From Paragordius varius (lineage: Eukaryota; Animalia; Nematomorpha), in NCBI GenBank assembly GCA_964247055.1, contig OZ176052.1, positions 1,178,001 to 1,242,000 on the forward strand: a stretch of 64,000 bases of DNA, written 5' to 3'. The position numbers and the translations under genes were made by a program. How positions within the stretch are numbered: position 1 is the stretch's first letter; the number at the start of each line of letters is the position of its first letter. Positions 25,901 to 39,117 of this stretch are shown piece by piece. The notes beneath the pieces were generated by a model. It was given only the letters and a program-made list of their open reading frames with translations, was not told the DNA's origin and ran no database searches.

Positions 25901-28134
25901 AAGGGTGAATTAGAATTTTTTGAGGGTAAATTTGAATTGTTCAAGGGTGAATTTAAATAGCAAATGGTATATATATATTACTACGTACAATGCTTTTGTA
26001 TGGGGCATATTCGGTAAAAGCGTCATAGAAATAGGCTCTGGCCTCATCAAACACATTTTGAGTTAAAGCTAACAATCCCTTATGCATGGCAAACGTTGCT
26101 TTCCAATGCAACATTTCTTTTTGGTTAACTTTTTAAATTTATATATAGTAAAAATGATATTATACGGACAAAAAGTAAAAATATAAAGACAAATATTTTT
26201 TTCTAAAAGACAACCAATCATACACACTTTTTTAAATAATCTAAATTTAATCATAAAAGCTATTTTTAATATAAAATAGTATTGTGTTACCAATATACAT
26301 CTCTCTACTAATCCATACTTTGCAATTTTTAACAATTAATTATTTTAAAAATTAGAAATTTAAAAAAGATGGTTGTCTTTTACAAAAAACATTTCTCTTT
26401 ATATTTTGACGTTTTGTACGTATTACTTTATATAAATGTTATTAAATATTGTTGCAATTAAATTATTTAATTACAAAAAGAAATAAAACTAATGTATCAA
26501 CTATTAATTGTGGTTTAAACGCCTAAATAATTAATAAATTAAAAATCATTCATAAAAATAAAATTAATAAATTAAAAATTATTTATAAAAATAATTATTA
26601 TTATCGATGTTTTACTTAGAATATTTAGAAAAGCCATTAAATTTTATTTTATTGTTCCTAAAGATACCTTCAGGATTCGGTTGATTGTTATATGAAATTT
26701 TGTATTGTTTTTCCCATTCTAATTCTAATGCAGATAATTTTGATTGCGCCAAGGTTAAGTTACCTAGCTATAAAAAAATTAAAAAATCCTTATAAATATT
26801 TAGAAAAAAGGAAAACAAAATATATCCAAATAAAGAATTATTTTGAAAAAAAAAACCTTAATTAATATTCTAATGGTGAGAAATGAACTAAATAAAATTT
26901 GTCTGACAAATAAATGCGTCGTAGTTTTATAAGTTTTATCAATTTTATTTTCATTCTCTGGTGGTGTATTGATCAAAGTTTTTCTATAACCAATTAATTC
27001 CTTCAAACATTGTATGGCATTTAAATAATCATTGGAAGCAACGTAACAAGCACATATAGCTAAATTAAGCAGAAATATTCTCTGTTCCCAAATTATAAAC
27101 ACATCGCGATTTTCGATTGGAATGTTGTCGTCCAATTCGTTATTGCGTTTAAGTACTGAAACCACCTAAAATATAAAAATAATTGTGATAAAAAAGAGGC
27201 ATGAACTTAAACCATTAATTATTATAAAAGAATTTTAAGCAGTTTAAAATAAACATCTTTACAATGTTAACCATATAATTTTTTTTCCATTTGAACACAC
27301 CAAAAAAAGTATAAATTTGGATTTTTCAATAAGGAATAGATGACATTTAATATATATATGTATGTTTCTTCATAAATTTTAGGGTTAATTTATTTATATT
27401 AAACTATTTATATCTGTTTTTAAAAATGCGAATACTCTAAATTAAAAAAATGTTAGTTTCTATCATTAACAGAAAATTTAATAAAAATGTTGATTTAATT
27501 TTAAGCCAAACCTTTTGAGTTTCCCGCAAAAGATATTGTAGCCTCTCGAGAGCAACATTTGCCGATTGACTTTTATATAATGGTAAAACAGCATATAAAT
27601 ATCGCAGGGTATAGGGTAATTGTGTAACAACCAAATTTGTTTCACGCAATTTATTGTCATTATTATAATTAAAATTATCTATGTAAATTAATACAACACG
27701 ATTAAAACTTGAAAAACTGTTTATATAATATTCGGCCGCATTGAAATCTTGTATTTTGATGTGGAGAATTATTTTCAAAGTTATCAATGGAATCAAACCT
27801 TTTGGGTCGGTATTTTCCGAAGGTGCTAAAATCATGCTATCTAACATTCTTTTAAAAAAATAAACTTAATTTGTTTATAGCTGCTATATAATTAGACGAT
27901 GAGAGTAATTGTTGAATATTTTGGTCTTTTAGATCACTTAATATTGCAAAGCGATTTCTTGCTTCGGTTTCACCCAATTCATGCCGTATAGCGTTAATTA
28001 GCAAATCCCCCTAAAAATAAGAGCTTAAAACTAACCAAATTAATTATGCTGAGGTTATTAAAATAGATTGTTGATATATCATCGGGCAGATCCCAAAGCT
28101 TCTCAAAATTTAAATCTGAACTGGTTAAAATCAT
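22992..28134 (-). CDS. TRAPPC12: Trafficking protein particle complex subunit 12 (TPR protein). Exons: 27512..~28134 (two apparent +1 frameshifts), 26857..27165, 26668..26767, 25989..26128, 24265..24691, 23769..23826, 22992..23259. 5' end uncertain.
   Basis: GDLLINAIRHELGETEARNR..QQLLSSSNYIAAI, LPYTLRYLYAVLPLY..ALERLQ, WEQRIFLLNLAICACYVASNDYLNAI, LGNLTLAQ, MHKGLLALTQNVFDEA, ALNNIALTHLYSGHL and YNLCSMYELRSS match TRAPPC12 in order. GT-AG phases were verified for all six introns. Confidence 0.88.
25622..25969. mobile_element. MITE family A copy specific to duplication unit 2
   Basis: TATACCATTTACAG left end; about five 21-bp units; CAAATGGTATA right end. Confidence 0.8.
26146..26435. mobile_element. 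MITE family B copy in a TRAPPC12 intron
   Basis: ATTATACGGACAAAA..AAAGACAAATATTTTTT..GACAACC mirrored by GGTTGTCTTTT..GTTTTGTACGTATT. Confidence 0.65.
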
Positions 28135-28469
28135 AAGATGTAATGAAGAAATGATGAATATGCCAGTAAGTGCAAAGTCGATTGGGCAAAAAAATGAATT
28201 TATATTTGTGCTATGTTTTTGATCAAATATTTCATATGAGCCATAAAAAAGGGTTATATAAATTTTATTACTTAAGCATATTAAGTGAGGCCATATCGCA
28301 TTAAAAAATTACCAATTTTTACAAATTACACATAATCTTATATATATGTTAATACATGGTTTTAATATTAAAGCTAACGAGTTTTAATTAATATTTTTTA
28401 ATTTCGTGAATTGCATATCAGAAAGTCGGAAAATTTGTGCCTAAGATTTGGTAAACGGTAAAATATGTA

Positions 28470-28502
<33 letters not shown>

Positions 28503-28869
28503 TCTATACTGGAGGGAGAAAATAAACAAAATATCCTTCTAAATTTATATATTTTTTTAAAATGTATATATATTGATTTTCGTTTTGGAGCTTATTTCAA
28601 CATTTGTGGTATTGTTCCGTATATATATATATATATATATAAGGGGCCGAGTCCGCATTATATCCTATTATCTTAATAGACTTCAAATATTTTGTCAATG
28701 TAAGAAAATCTCAAAGCAAACATATAATTTTTGGATGCCTTGAATGTATGCGACTTCATCTTTCTAAAATAAATCATATATTATTTGATTAATACCCAGA
28801 ATTTTCAAGTATTATTGGTAAACCATTGTGGAAATAATATAGAATTATTATAAGTTATAAATGACAAAA

Positions 28870-29900
28870 AATCGGGGGTCATAATAAATATGAAAATCTG
28901 TCATTTTTGATGGTTTTTATTATTTAGGGTCTTGCAAGTTTAAGAAAGTTTAGCTTTTGTGGTAAATGCTCCATATCGAAAAATCATAAATTGGCTTACA
29001 TTACACAATGCTCCAAAAATATCTTGACCAAAAATATGTTTTCTGATAGAAAAATCTCCTTATGGACCTTTCGGATTTACTTACACATGATATAAAAATA
29101 TCACTTTTGTAATAACTAGCTTTAATAATTACAAAATTATTGACCCCCCTAAAAGGGATTTTTGTAAAATCCACGCATAATCGCCGGGATTGTGCGAGAA
29201 ATTAAGTGTATGCTAATGCCATCAAAAAAGGTTTTTCTTTAAAATGGATTTTTTTGCTTAGATTAATTTATAGCATGTTTATAGCATAGTTTTGTTGAAG
29301 TCAGTTTTATAGTAGTCTGGCGCATGGTGGAAACGGTAGAGCACTTTTAGATATTGTATTACTTCTATTATTCGGCGATAAACATTTATACCTCAGATTA
29401 TTGATAAAATTGTTTATCTTTAAATTTAAGTAAAATATAGTTTTATTTTTATAAAATAATGATTAAGAGGTTGTATTCTAACATATTTTTAAATAAAATT
29501 TTCAAGGTAATATAAGTATCATTGGATTAAAGTTTTTGTATGATATCTTAAAGAGTTTTTATAACGATTTTACCATCATATTTCCTTTAACAAAATTTCT
29601 CATAAATTAAATTTTTTTAACAAAAAAATCCATTTTTGGAATTAATGTCATAAATCACATATAAATTCATATAATTTTTGGCTCTTTCCTGTTTTTTAGA
29701 AAACTAGCCCATTTTAGCTTCCCTGTCATTATGTGACTCCCCCATAAATTCCAAAGTATAATAAAGATTTTTTAATATAATTTGGAGTAAAGCATTGAGT
29801 TTCGCCAAAAAAGTTCTTTTAGCTCTAAATTTTTCTTGTTAACTCGGGTCCAAAACATAAGGCACCATGTGAACCTAGATTTATTTTTCAAAATTTAAAT
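28870..29900. mobile_element. Old non-autonomous DNA-transposon-like repeat related to 51781-52745 and 34700-34990
   Basis: Shared blocks CTTTTGTGGTAAATGCTCCATATC, ATGGTGGAAAC and ACTAGCCCAT; boundaries approximate. Confidence 0.4.
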
Positions 29901-30339
29901 ATTTTTTAAGTTTTTTGTATACTACTGACTGTAAATGTGTTTTTTCAGGTATTTTCCACTATAATATGAAAGATGGCTGTTTTATTATATTTAGATTGGC
30001 TCTACTTATAATTTATAGAATAGTAAATTTTTCGGTGAACATTTTTTATATTATGATGGACTCAACAAGAAAAAATAATTATTTAAGCGAATTTTTCATT
30101 TACATCATCATTTAATAATGTTGATTAAAATTTTTTACCTGATACGACATGTATAAATGCTATAAATTATTTCTTAGGTTGTAAAATGAATTAATAAAAA
30201 TTACATCTTTAATTTTAATTAATTAACTCGGTATAAATGTAATTTAAACAACAAGGATCCCCGAGAACATAAATCAATTTTATATTAAACATTTTATAAT
30301 CAAATAAACATAACAATCACTTTATAATTTACACAATAA

Positions 30340-32013
30340 ATGGGAAAATACTTTTGCATAATTGTTATCATGATAATATCGGGAACATTGCAAACTTTAT
30401 CAATCAAATGGGCTGACATGCTAGAAGCTCCTGGAAATCCGCAATCTTATTTACGAGCTGAATCGCATCAGTTTAATCATCCATTATTTCAGACCTTGCT
30501 AATGTTTATAGGGGAAACGTTGTGCCTCCTTGCATACCATATTAGATTGATTTGGTTTAATATATGTCGGCGCTACAATGCGAGAAAAAGGAAAAATTGT
30601 TACTTAGAGCTAGATATACAAAACGAACATATAGGGTAAAAACTCATCTTTTTTATAGAGGTGGGAGTTATATAAAAATTTGCATTTTTCAGTGGAAATT
30701 CAGCCGTTTTTTAAATATCGTATATTTCAAAAAAATAACTCTTATTAACCATACAGAGACGTAGCTTGAATTTTTGGCGCCTGGTGCACGAATCTGGGAT
30801 GCCCCCTCCGTGATATTCATGTTTTATATAAAATAATACCTTTTAGACACCTTTTCAATATAAATTAAAAAATTTAAAACCGGCGCCCTCACAAGTATGA
30901 CACCCGGTACATCAGCCCCCCTTTCCACCCACCTAGCTACGCCTCTGAACCCATAATGTTATCATTGCAACGATAACAATCTTTAATCAAAAGCCTATGG
31001 TCCATTCATAATATTCTATATTAAACGGGATTTCATATATATCATTATGTAGCTATCCCAGTTTCGATCAGATTTGCAAACTTTGGTTTCCTGCCCTATG
31101 TGATGCATTTTCGACCACTGTTATGTATTGTGCTCTAAACTGGACACACGCCGCTAGTTTCCAGATGTTACGAGGAAGTGTCATAATTTTTACGGGTTTT
31201 ATGTCAAAATATTTCCTTAATAAGTCACTCAATACTCATCAATGGGTTGGTATAGCTATCATTAGCCTTGGAACTGTATTTGTTGGTTTTAGTGATGCTA
31301 CATACAATAATAACTCAGTAAATTTTGAATCTGGTAGAATGGCGTTGTTAGCTGATGCCCTTATAATCTTAACCCAAATCATCGTAGCTTTTCAAGTGGT
31401 TTGGGAAGAAAGATATATGGCCAACACTCAAATTGTAGCACATCAACAAGACACTATAGACCATAATATTAATATAGATATTCAACGAAAATTAACTATT
31501 TCCGAATTGCTAGTTATCGGCTGGGAGGGCATATTTGGAACGGTCATTATGACATTTGTTTTAACAATTTTGGCTGCTTTAAAAGCCTTTGTAGGAAATA
31601 ATATGGACAATAATTTTATATATCCTTCTCACGTCGCAAATAATACTGTAACATTTCAAAATTTTTTGGAATTTGAAGAATTACCCGATGCCTTATATCA
31701 ACTCTTTTATTCTGATTTGCTTAAAATTGCCCTTTTCCTTATGGTATTGAGTGTTCCAATTTTTAATACTTCTGGACTCATAGTTACCAGGGACATGAGT
31801 TCGACCAATAGAATGGTTATAGATTCCCTCCGAATCTTTTTAGTGTGGGCATGTTCGTTAGCATTTAATTGGCAACGATTCAATACATTTCAATTGATTG
31901 GATGTTTGATCATTGTATGTGGCATTTTGCATTTTCAAAACACAACAACTATCAATATTAAAAAAAGTTTGGTTAGCCAAATTTCTATACAAATGTTTAC
32001 ATTAAAACGATAA
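30340..32013 (+). CDS. SLC35F6: Solute carrier family 35 member F6-like (DMT superfamily); join(30340..30635,31053..32013), 418 aa
   Basis: IKWAD..FNHPLFQTLLMFIGETLCL, PALCD..MYCALNWTHAASFQMLRGSVIIFTG, VWEE, GWEGIFG and SSTNRMVIDSLR; the phase-2 intron is consistent. Confidence 0.9.
30754..30947. mobile_element. hAT-like MITE (194 bp) in the SLC35F6 intron
   Basis: TIR CAGAGACGTAGCT / AGCTACGCCTCTG; 8-bp flanks TAACCATA and AACCCATA (6/8 match); GC-rich interior. Confidence 0.65.
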
Positions 32014-33066
32014 AGATAATCGACAACAAAAAATATCGCTTAAGACTGAAGCTATCCATCTTGGCATCTGTGATAATTGAGAATGTATTTAATTGATTTA
32101 TAATTGTGATAAATCAAATATTGATTATTATTGTGAAAAATTGTATATGAATAAATATTGTTAAAAACATCTTACCACAAAACGGTATATAAAATAATTT
32201 TAATCTAAAATAACTAATTGACTTATAACAAAGTTTGGCGTTGTGCAATATTTTGCTAGCCTTAAATTTAAATCTATTTATGGATCCCTGAACATAGCGA
32301 CTGCTTTCAAAATAACCTATGGAAAACTTACGGACACATGTGTATATTAAGTTTTAATAATAAAATCAAATGTTAAAATTTAAATATATTTTATAACTCG
32401 GTAATTTGATGTTAAGGCTAATTCTCTTTGCTTAGGAATTATATTTTAATTATTAAACAAGGTAATATCATATTGTTAGATTTAATTTATCAGTAGGTTA
32501 GGTTTTGACCAGTTAAATTATAATAAATATTCTACCGAAAATTTATAAAGATTAGCTGCTCTTACTAAACTACAAGGACTACAAAATATAAGTTGTAAGA
32601 AAATAATTAAATCGAGATGAATCAAATTGTAAAAATTATAATTTATACAAACTATGGTCCAAAATCTTATAAAATCATTTTAAAATATAATTTTCTATAT
32701 CGCCTGCACTCAGTCGCACCCAACCTCACCTGTATTAATTGAAAAAGGCGGGCGTGGCATATATCTTGTTAATTGCGGCGTTATGTAGTAATAAAACGAA
32801 TATTAGGATGAGCACCCTTTGATTATTATTAAAGTTTGCTGTCAGATTTGTGCTTAAATAAATAAACAATACTAATCAAATAAATTTTTAAAACTGGAAT
32901 TATCTGGAATAACAACCATTGGTGTCTTTATTTTATCCAAAATTGATGTATCAGCGAGTTTTAGCTATTAATTACCATTTAAGCAAACAAAAAAATGATG
33001 TATTGATACTATATAAACCAATAAAAATGATTAGTTAAAATTTATAAGCAAATTCAAATTATCAAC

Positions 33067-36000
33067 ATGTACGCTTCTTTGATTTACAATGCCATAGCCT
33101 TAATTGTTATATTCGGGTTTGGGAGTTTTAATGCCATACAAGGTAAAAAAATGTGTTTTCTCAATATTTTTTTTGATTCAGTATTTGATATATACTTATT
33201 TATTTTTTTGGTTAGTTTCAAAATATATGCTGGAAAAATATCTGAGCAGGACGACCGAATTCACGGAAAATAACCAACCAGACTCATTTTTAGATATTCA
33301 ATCTATAGCTGGTATATCTTTAAATTATTAAGCGAATATAGTAATTAAATTTATAGAAACAAAGTAATTGACAATTTTTTTTTCTAAATTGTATATTTAT
33401 TAACCCTGAACTTATTTTGAGTTGTAAAAGAAAAAACCATGAGATTTACATAAGAATTGGTGCAAAAAGATGGTCAATTTCATAACAAAAAATTTTTTAT
33501 TTCTTGAGATGGCTTATATTTTATTTATTGACGACCTAATTTTTGAAATATTGGGAAAAAATTAAAATTGGGCGAAAAGTGAAAATTAAGGATAATTTAG
33601 GATAATGAAAAAATAAATAAATTGAAATATAAAATTTAACAACATATTATTAAAAATTTACAATTAAATTTTCTAAAATCATATAATCTTTTCAAATCAA
33701 TCGTGTTTTTCCTTTAATTTATTCACATTAAAATTTGAAATTATACGGACAAAACGTATAAATATAAAGACAAATATTTTTTAAAAGACAGCCACATTTT
33801 TTAAATCTCGAATTTTTATTTATAATAAAAATTGCAAAGTACGGAATGGAGATGTATATTCGCAATCAAATCAACATTTTATAATTGTAAATAAATAATT
33901 TATATGGAATATATATATATAAAAAAGTATGGTTTCTTTTTGTCATTATATTATTAAGTTATATAATTTCAGTTTACTGTACACAAAATATTTTTTATGA
34001 AACTATAATAAAATAATTTTTTAATTGGATATCAATCAAAAATCCGTACACCCAGTAAAAATATGTATTAAACAAACCTGTTACTGGGATTTGCACGAAT
34101 TGTTGGTTGATATTCCATTACTTGTAATTCCTCTTTTGTATTAAATACACACTTTTTAATTCCCGCTCATGTAAGATCCCAAAACAAAACAGTAAATTTA
34201 TGATACATTCACATACCAGATCACAAAAAAATAAAAAATAAAATTAATACATTATTCATTTTATTTTGATATATAAGTAAGATTTTAATAGTAAGTTTGG
34301 TTGGTAAATAATAAAATAAATTTATAGTTATATAAAAATAAATATTTTAAAGGATAAATATGTAGAAAAAGTCTTTCCATAGTATACCATTTACAATTCA
34401 AATTTACCCTTGCACATTAAAATTTATTTTTTTAAAAATATAAAAAAATATAGTTAATTCTTATCTTACAAACACATTTTAGGGTGAATTTGTTGGGTGA
34501 ATTTAAAATGATGGTATATTAAAAGAGTTTCTATATCGTTTTCATCATGCCTAAAAAAGGATGATGAACGCTTCAACGAAATTTTGCTAAAAATTAAATT
34601 TTTGTAAAATGTATGCATTTAAAAAATATTTTTTTTGATATCAAAGTTTAGCATATAATTGAAAATTTTATTACATTTCGGCAGTTTTGCGATTATATTA
34701 AAGGAACTACGTTTAAGAAGAGTAAAAAACTAGGGACTTTTGGAGCCCACATCTAAAAATTAAAATCATATGTTTTGCTTTTTATAAGTAGTTTATGATA
34801 TAATTTATTTTTTTGGAATGAAGCATTTATCTTTTATTAAAAAATTTTATTACAATCAATGTGCTCAAATATCTCCATTTTTTGATATGGAACACTTAGC
34901 GCAAAAGTATAAATAACTTTATATATCACTCGTACCCAAAACTAAAAGCATCATGAAATTCCTGATACATTTTTCTATAGAATATATATTTTCTTCAACT
35001 GTGTATTGGAAATAATTGTAAAAAGTTTTTTTGTACACAGTGTAACAAATTTTACACTTCACAATCAAAATCATATTAGTTAATGTATATATGGTTTTCT
35101 TAATTTAGTATTTTATGTTTATAATTTATTTTTTATGTCATTGTTTTATAAGAGTAGAGGATAAATCATAATTATACGCAAGTTAACCTTGCTCGCATTT
35201 GGATGTGAAAAAAATTATCAGCTAAATTGTAAATACGCGAAATTATCAAAAAACGAGTGCGGATACACAAAAAATATATTGCATATAAATGATTTTGATG
35301 TCTCGTTTACACATAATAAAATTAAGATATGTTTTTGAAAGAATTCTCGTAATAAAATTTTGATCTATCTATCAAAAACGCTCTAGACAATGGTAAAATT
35401 AAAGTACGCTATATTTATAAAAAAAGGCGTGTAATATGCAAAAATCAGATTTTTAGAGAAAATCAAACATGTTTCATATTAAATTTCCCTAAGAGAGGTT
35501 TCATGCGAAATTTAATAAAGTATCATTTTATAAACGCATGGTTTTTGCACAATTCCTCAATTTTTATTAGTTATAAAAATATGAAGTTAACCAGTTCGGT
35601 GCTTGAGATTGAGAATAAATTATAAACACTTTTGGAATAAGCTTATAAAAATTATCAAAAGAATCTTTTAAATTACTAAAAGTTAATTGATATTAAAAGA
35701 CATGTTTATTAATGTCTTAGGTTCCGAACAGGTTAATTCCATGTTTTAAATACAAAAAAAGATAGTTTGTAGATACTATTAAATAGAAACTTTTCCTCTT
35801 TAAAACCTCCATAGCATATTGTTACGAAAAAAATTACTTCTAGTTTATTCTGTAATTTTAGATGCTTTACTTAATTATGTCTAAAATTATTGATGCAATA
35901 ATTAATCTAAGTATTAACCATTTCGAATTATCAATTAAAATTTTTATACCAAAACTATTTAATAACAGCAGACTGCATAAAATTAGTTATTTTATTTTCC

Positions 36001-38568
36001 TTATATGCAAAGTAATTCTCTTTTTTGGATTCTAAAAGGTGGTGTTCCCCTGAGATAAAATAATAGGAAAAACTAAATTTGCCCTAACTTTAGCACACTA
36101 ATAATATATATATACATTAATTGTGCTATTAAGGGCGAATAGAATATGTATAGTAAAAAATGCTAGATCTTTGCTTGTAGTATTTAAAATACTATCAACT
36201 TTGGCTAAATAAGCGGAGATATATTAGCAAATTATCTGGTTAAACTTTTATTCTTCAATGCAAAATTTTGTTAATAAATATCCTGAATTGTGTTTTGGAA
36301 GCTATGTAATATATTATATTATATAGTATAAGCTCCAAAAACATTTTAGAGATACATTGAAACGAGGTATTGTCCTTAAATCAAAGCCGGCGATGAAAAT
36401 AATATATAGATGCTAGGTTAAAAAATACTTTAATAATGAGATTTAACTATCAAAAGCGATTGCCATAAAATATGATATAAATTTATTAAATGTGAGCCCT
36501 ATTCTAAAGGCAAAACGACCAAAATAATATTTTATCGGCATGGTACATTTAATTCCGGTAGGTGTCATTTAAATGGCATAAAGTAAATAATTACTAGAAT
36601 ATAAAAATATAATAGTCTTTTATAAAAGTAAAATTTCTGGAAACTATATGCATCAAATTAAATTCTAATATACTTTTTCCTTTATTCGAATATTCATTGA
36701 TAAAAAATAATTTATAATGCTATAATTTTTTTCCTATTTTTAAGCCATCTATCAAAATTAAAACAAAATTTTAATTTTGGCTTTTTTGGCGAAAAAAATT
36801 TGATATTGTGAAGCCCAAAGCTAAAGCCTACTGAAAATCTATGTGCACATTTGTCTAAGCATATATTCCGCATTTTCAGCCTTATTTTGTATTCTGATAT
36901 TATAGCAGGGCATGAACCCAGTTTTATTCTTCTTTTTTTCTGTATTTTAGGAAAAGTTATATCCATATAGTATTTAAAAAATAAATAAATCTTATATCTA
37001 TATATATATATATAAATTTAGGTGTTTCATCTATCAACAATGTCTCATCCCCACTTTCTACGATAGTTTTCGATTTTGATGTCAATGGGATTAATTTAAA
37101 GAAAGTTAAAAAAGCCGAACTTGTAATTGCGTTGGAGTCAACAATGGCAGGAAATGAATTTAACATTAATGAAAAATCTTTCCAAAAATTACTAATAGCC
37201 AACGTTAAAGTTGAGATTGATCGTAATGCTTTATATGTGGGTTCGAAAGATAACTTAGGGCAAAACGTAATAATACACAAAATTAGAGATGAAGTTTTGA
37301 ATCAATGTGATAAAAAAACGTCCATGCAAGTTTCCGCCAAATGTGATAATGCCACGCATTATTTAATATTACCAATCAAAGCTTTAACGCATACATCAAT
37401 TAACAATGGAACAAAAATTACATTAAAGATTGAAACTAAAAATACCCTGATTAGACAACTTTTCCGGAATAGCATATATTTGTTTGCTTATACTTCTGAA
37501 TCCCCAGTTAAGTTAGTTTTATCTTATAGAAATTAACAAACCATGTATTGTATGTCATTTTTAACCAATTCTTACTCAATTTCATATGGATAATATTTGT
37601 TTAGAATGGAAGAGTCGTTATCGAAACCCCAATTGTTGAAAAAAAAATTAGCAAGACATGTGCAAAAACGATCAGCCGAAAGATCCAATACATTTGCAAA
37701 GTTTTGTAAAATATCAAAATATACGATTGACATTGGAGAAATTTTAACCAATTTGATTGCGCCAGCGGGTGACGTTACAATAAAACATTGTACAGGTAAT
37801 ATATATATATAAGTAGATAAAGTGAAAAAATATTTTTAACAAATTTTCTTTTGAAAACAGTATTAGTTGTATTCTTTAGCATTGCATGTTAACCGTCTAA
37901 AAAATACACGATTGAATGGTCATAGGTAGTCATCAATACAAATATAATATAATATCTGATACATAAACAAAAAATAGAGTGACCGGTTTAAATAGAGTCT
38001 ATTCTATATATATATATATATATATATCGCGCGAATTTGTTAAATTTTAAAATGCTAATAAAAACAACTGATATATAAAAACAACTGATTTATATAACAA
38101 CTGAGGTTAATAAACACAACTGATTTATATAACAAATGATTAATAAAATCAACTGATAACCTATAACAATTAATTTAAGTTTTATAACACCTTTTAAATC
38201 AAAACTATTACATGATAAACGTAATAATGAAAGTTTTTTGATCGGTTATGTTTATGACAAGTTGCATACGCATTCAATCCAACTAAAATATATATATACA
38301 TATATAAACTCATGATATTATATTTATTTTAGGTGTTTGTGGTGCCACACTGTTGGATATGCTGGGACAACATTATAATTTTGCGGCCCAATTAAAAACT
38401 CGATATTTGTTGGGACAAGGTAGAAAAAATGAAAAAATTCCAAGTACCGATCTTCAATTGGCATGTGCTCCGAAAGCTATGCAGAAAGCATCTATATTAT
38501 ATATGGAAGACAATGTTCCACAATTGCGAGTTTTTGATTTTGGTGCAACTGAATGTAGCTGTTTCTAA
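33067..38568 (+). CDS. Divergent TGF-beta-superfamily ligand; join(33067..33142,33216..33311,37022..37511,37605..37795,38333..38568), 362 aa
   Basis: Hydrophobic signal peptide; prodomain motifs SKYMLEKY and VFDFDV..VKKAELVI; basic cleavage site RHVQKR|S; mature domain FC..LIAP..HCTGVC..ACAP..SILY..ECSCF. Splice phases 1, 1, 2, 1 are all consistent. Confidence 0.88.
33730..33979. mobile_element. MITE family B copy (nested)
   Basis: TGAAATTATACGGACAAAACGT left half; TTTACTG-TA right end. Confidence 0.65.
34385..34516. mobile_element. MITE family A, internally deleted copy
   Basis: TATACCATTTACAATTCAAATTTACCC left end; GGGTGAATTT..ATGGTATA right end. Confidence 0.7.
38061..38158 (+). repeat. 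Minisatellite of 16-19 bp units built on CAACTG
   Basis: CAACTG at 38065, 38082, 38098, 38117 and 38150; CAAATG at 38133. Confidence 0.8.
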
Positions 38569-38846
38569 ATGCTGATTCATTCACATGAGCTAATTAATTA
38601 AATTTATTAGATGGTTATTAGCTTATTTAAATCACAAACTTTCGGTAATTATTATTTGTTGGAGATGGGGTATATATAATAAATTATCAGCTATTCCATA
38701 TAGTATTTTATTTTATGTTTCCAATTTATATTAGTTTGAGTTTCTTAAAAATTCTATACTTAGGATGTACTATTGTTTGATTTTAAAGTCTGGCATGGTA
38801 TTACCAAAGTAATATACTAAATTTTAATATAAAATTTATGACAATA

Positions 38847-39117
38847 TACCATTTACAAATCAAATTCACTCTAAAAATAAATTATGTATTTTTGGGCTAA
38901 CATAATTCATTATTAATATGAATATATCTTTATTGTATAATTTATTATTTTTTCAGTATTATATTATTTTTAAACAAAATTTTATTTTTAAAAAATATAA
39001 AATAATAAAGGTTATTTTAGGTCGTAAAAACACATAATTTTTTGCATATTATAAGGGTGATGAATTGTTCAAGGGTGAATTTGAATTGTTTAAGGGGGAA
39101 TTTAAAATGTAAATGTA
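38847..39117. mobile_element. MITE family A copy
   Basis: TATACCATTTACAAATC left end; 21-bp units and TGTAAATGTATA right end. Confidence 0.75.

Larger units (their letters stand above)
20484..26125. repeat. Tandem segmental duplication, unit 2 (contiguous with the 5' TRAPPC12 exons)
   Basis: Colinear with 14524-20430. Confidence 0.95.
33454..35042. mobile_element. Degenerate CAC..GTG (Chapaev-like) element with nested MITEs, in TGF-beta intron 2
   Basis: Subterminal and interior blocks (GACCTAATTTTTGAAATATTG, TTGTTGGTTGATATTCCA) shared with 44403-45628; TACACAGTG end at 35042; the single-element extent is inferred. Confidence 0.5.

Noticed and set aside
28006-28020. TTT TTA GGG resembling the HIV-1 -1 slippery site
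   Set aside because: It lacks the full U UUU UUA heptamer, and the shift needed here is +1, not -1.
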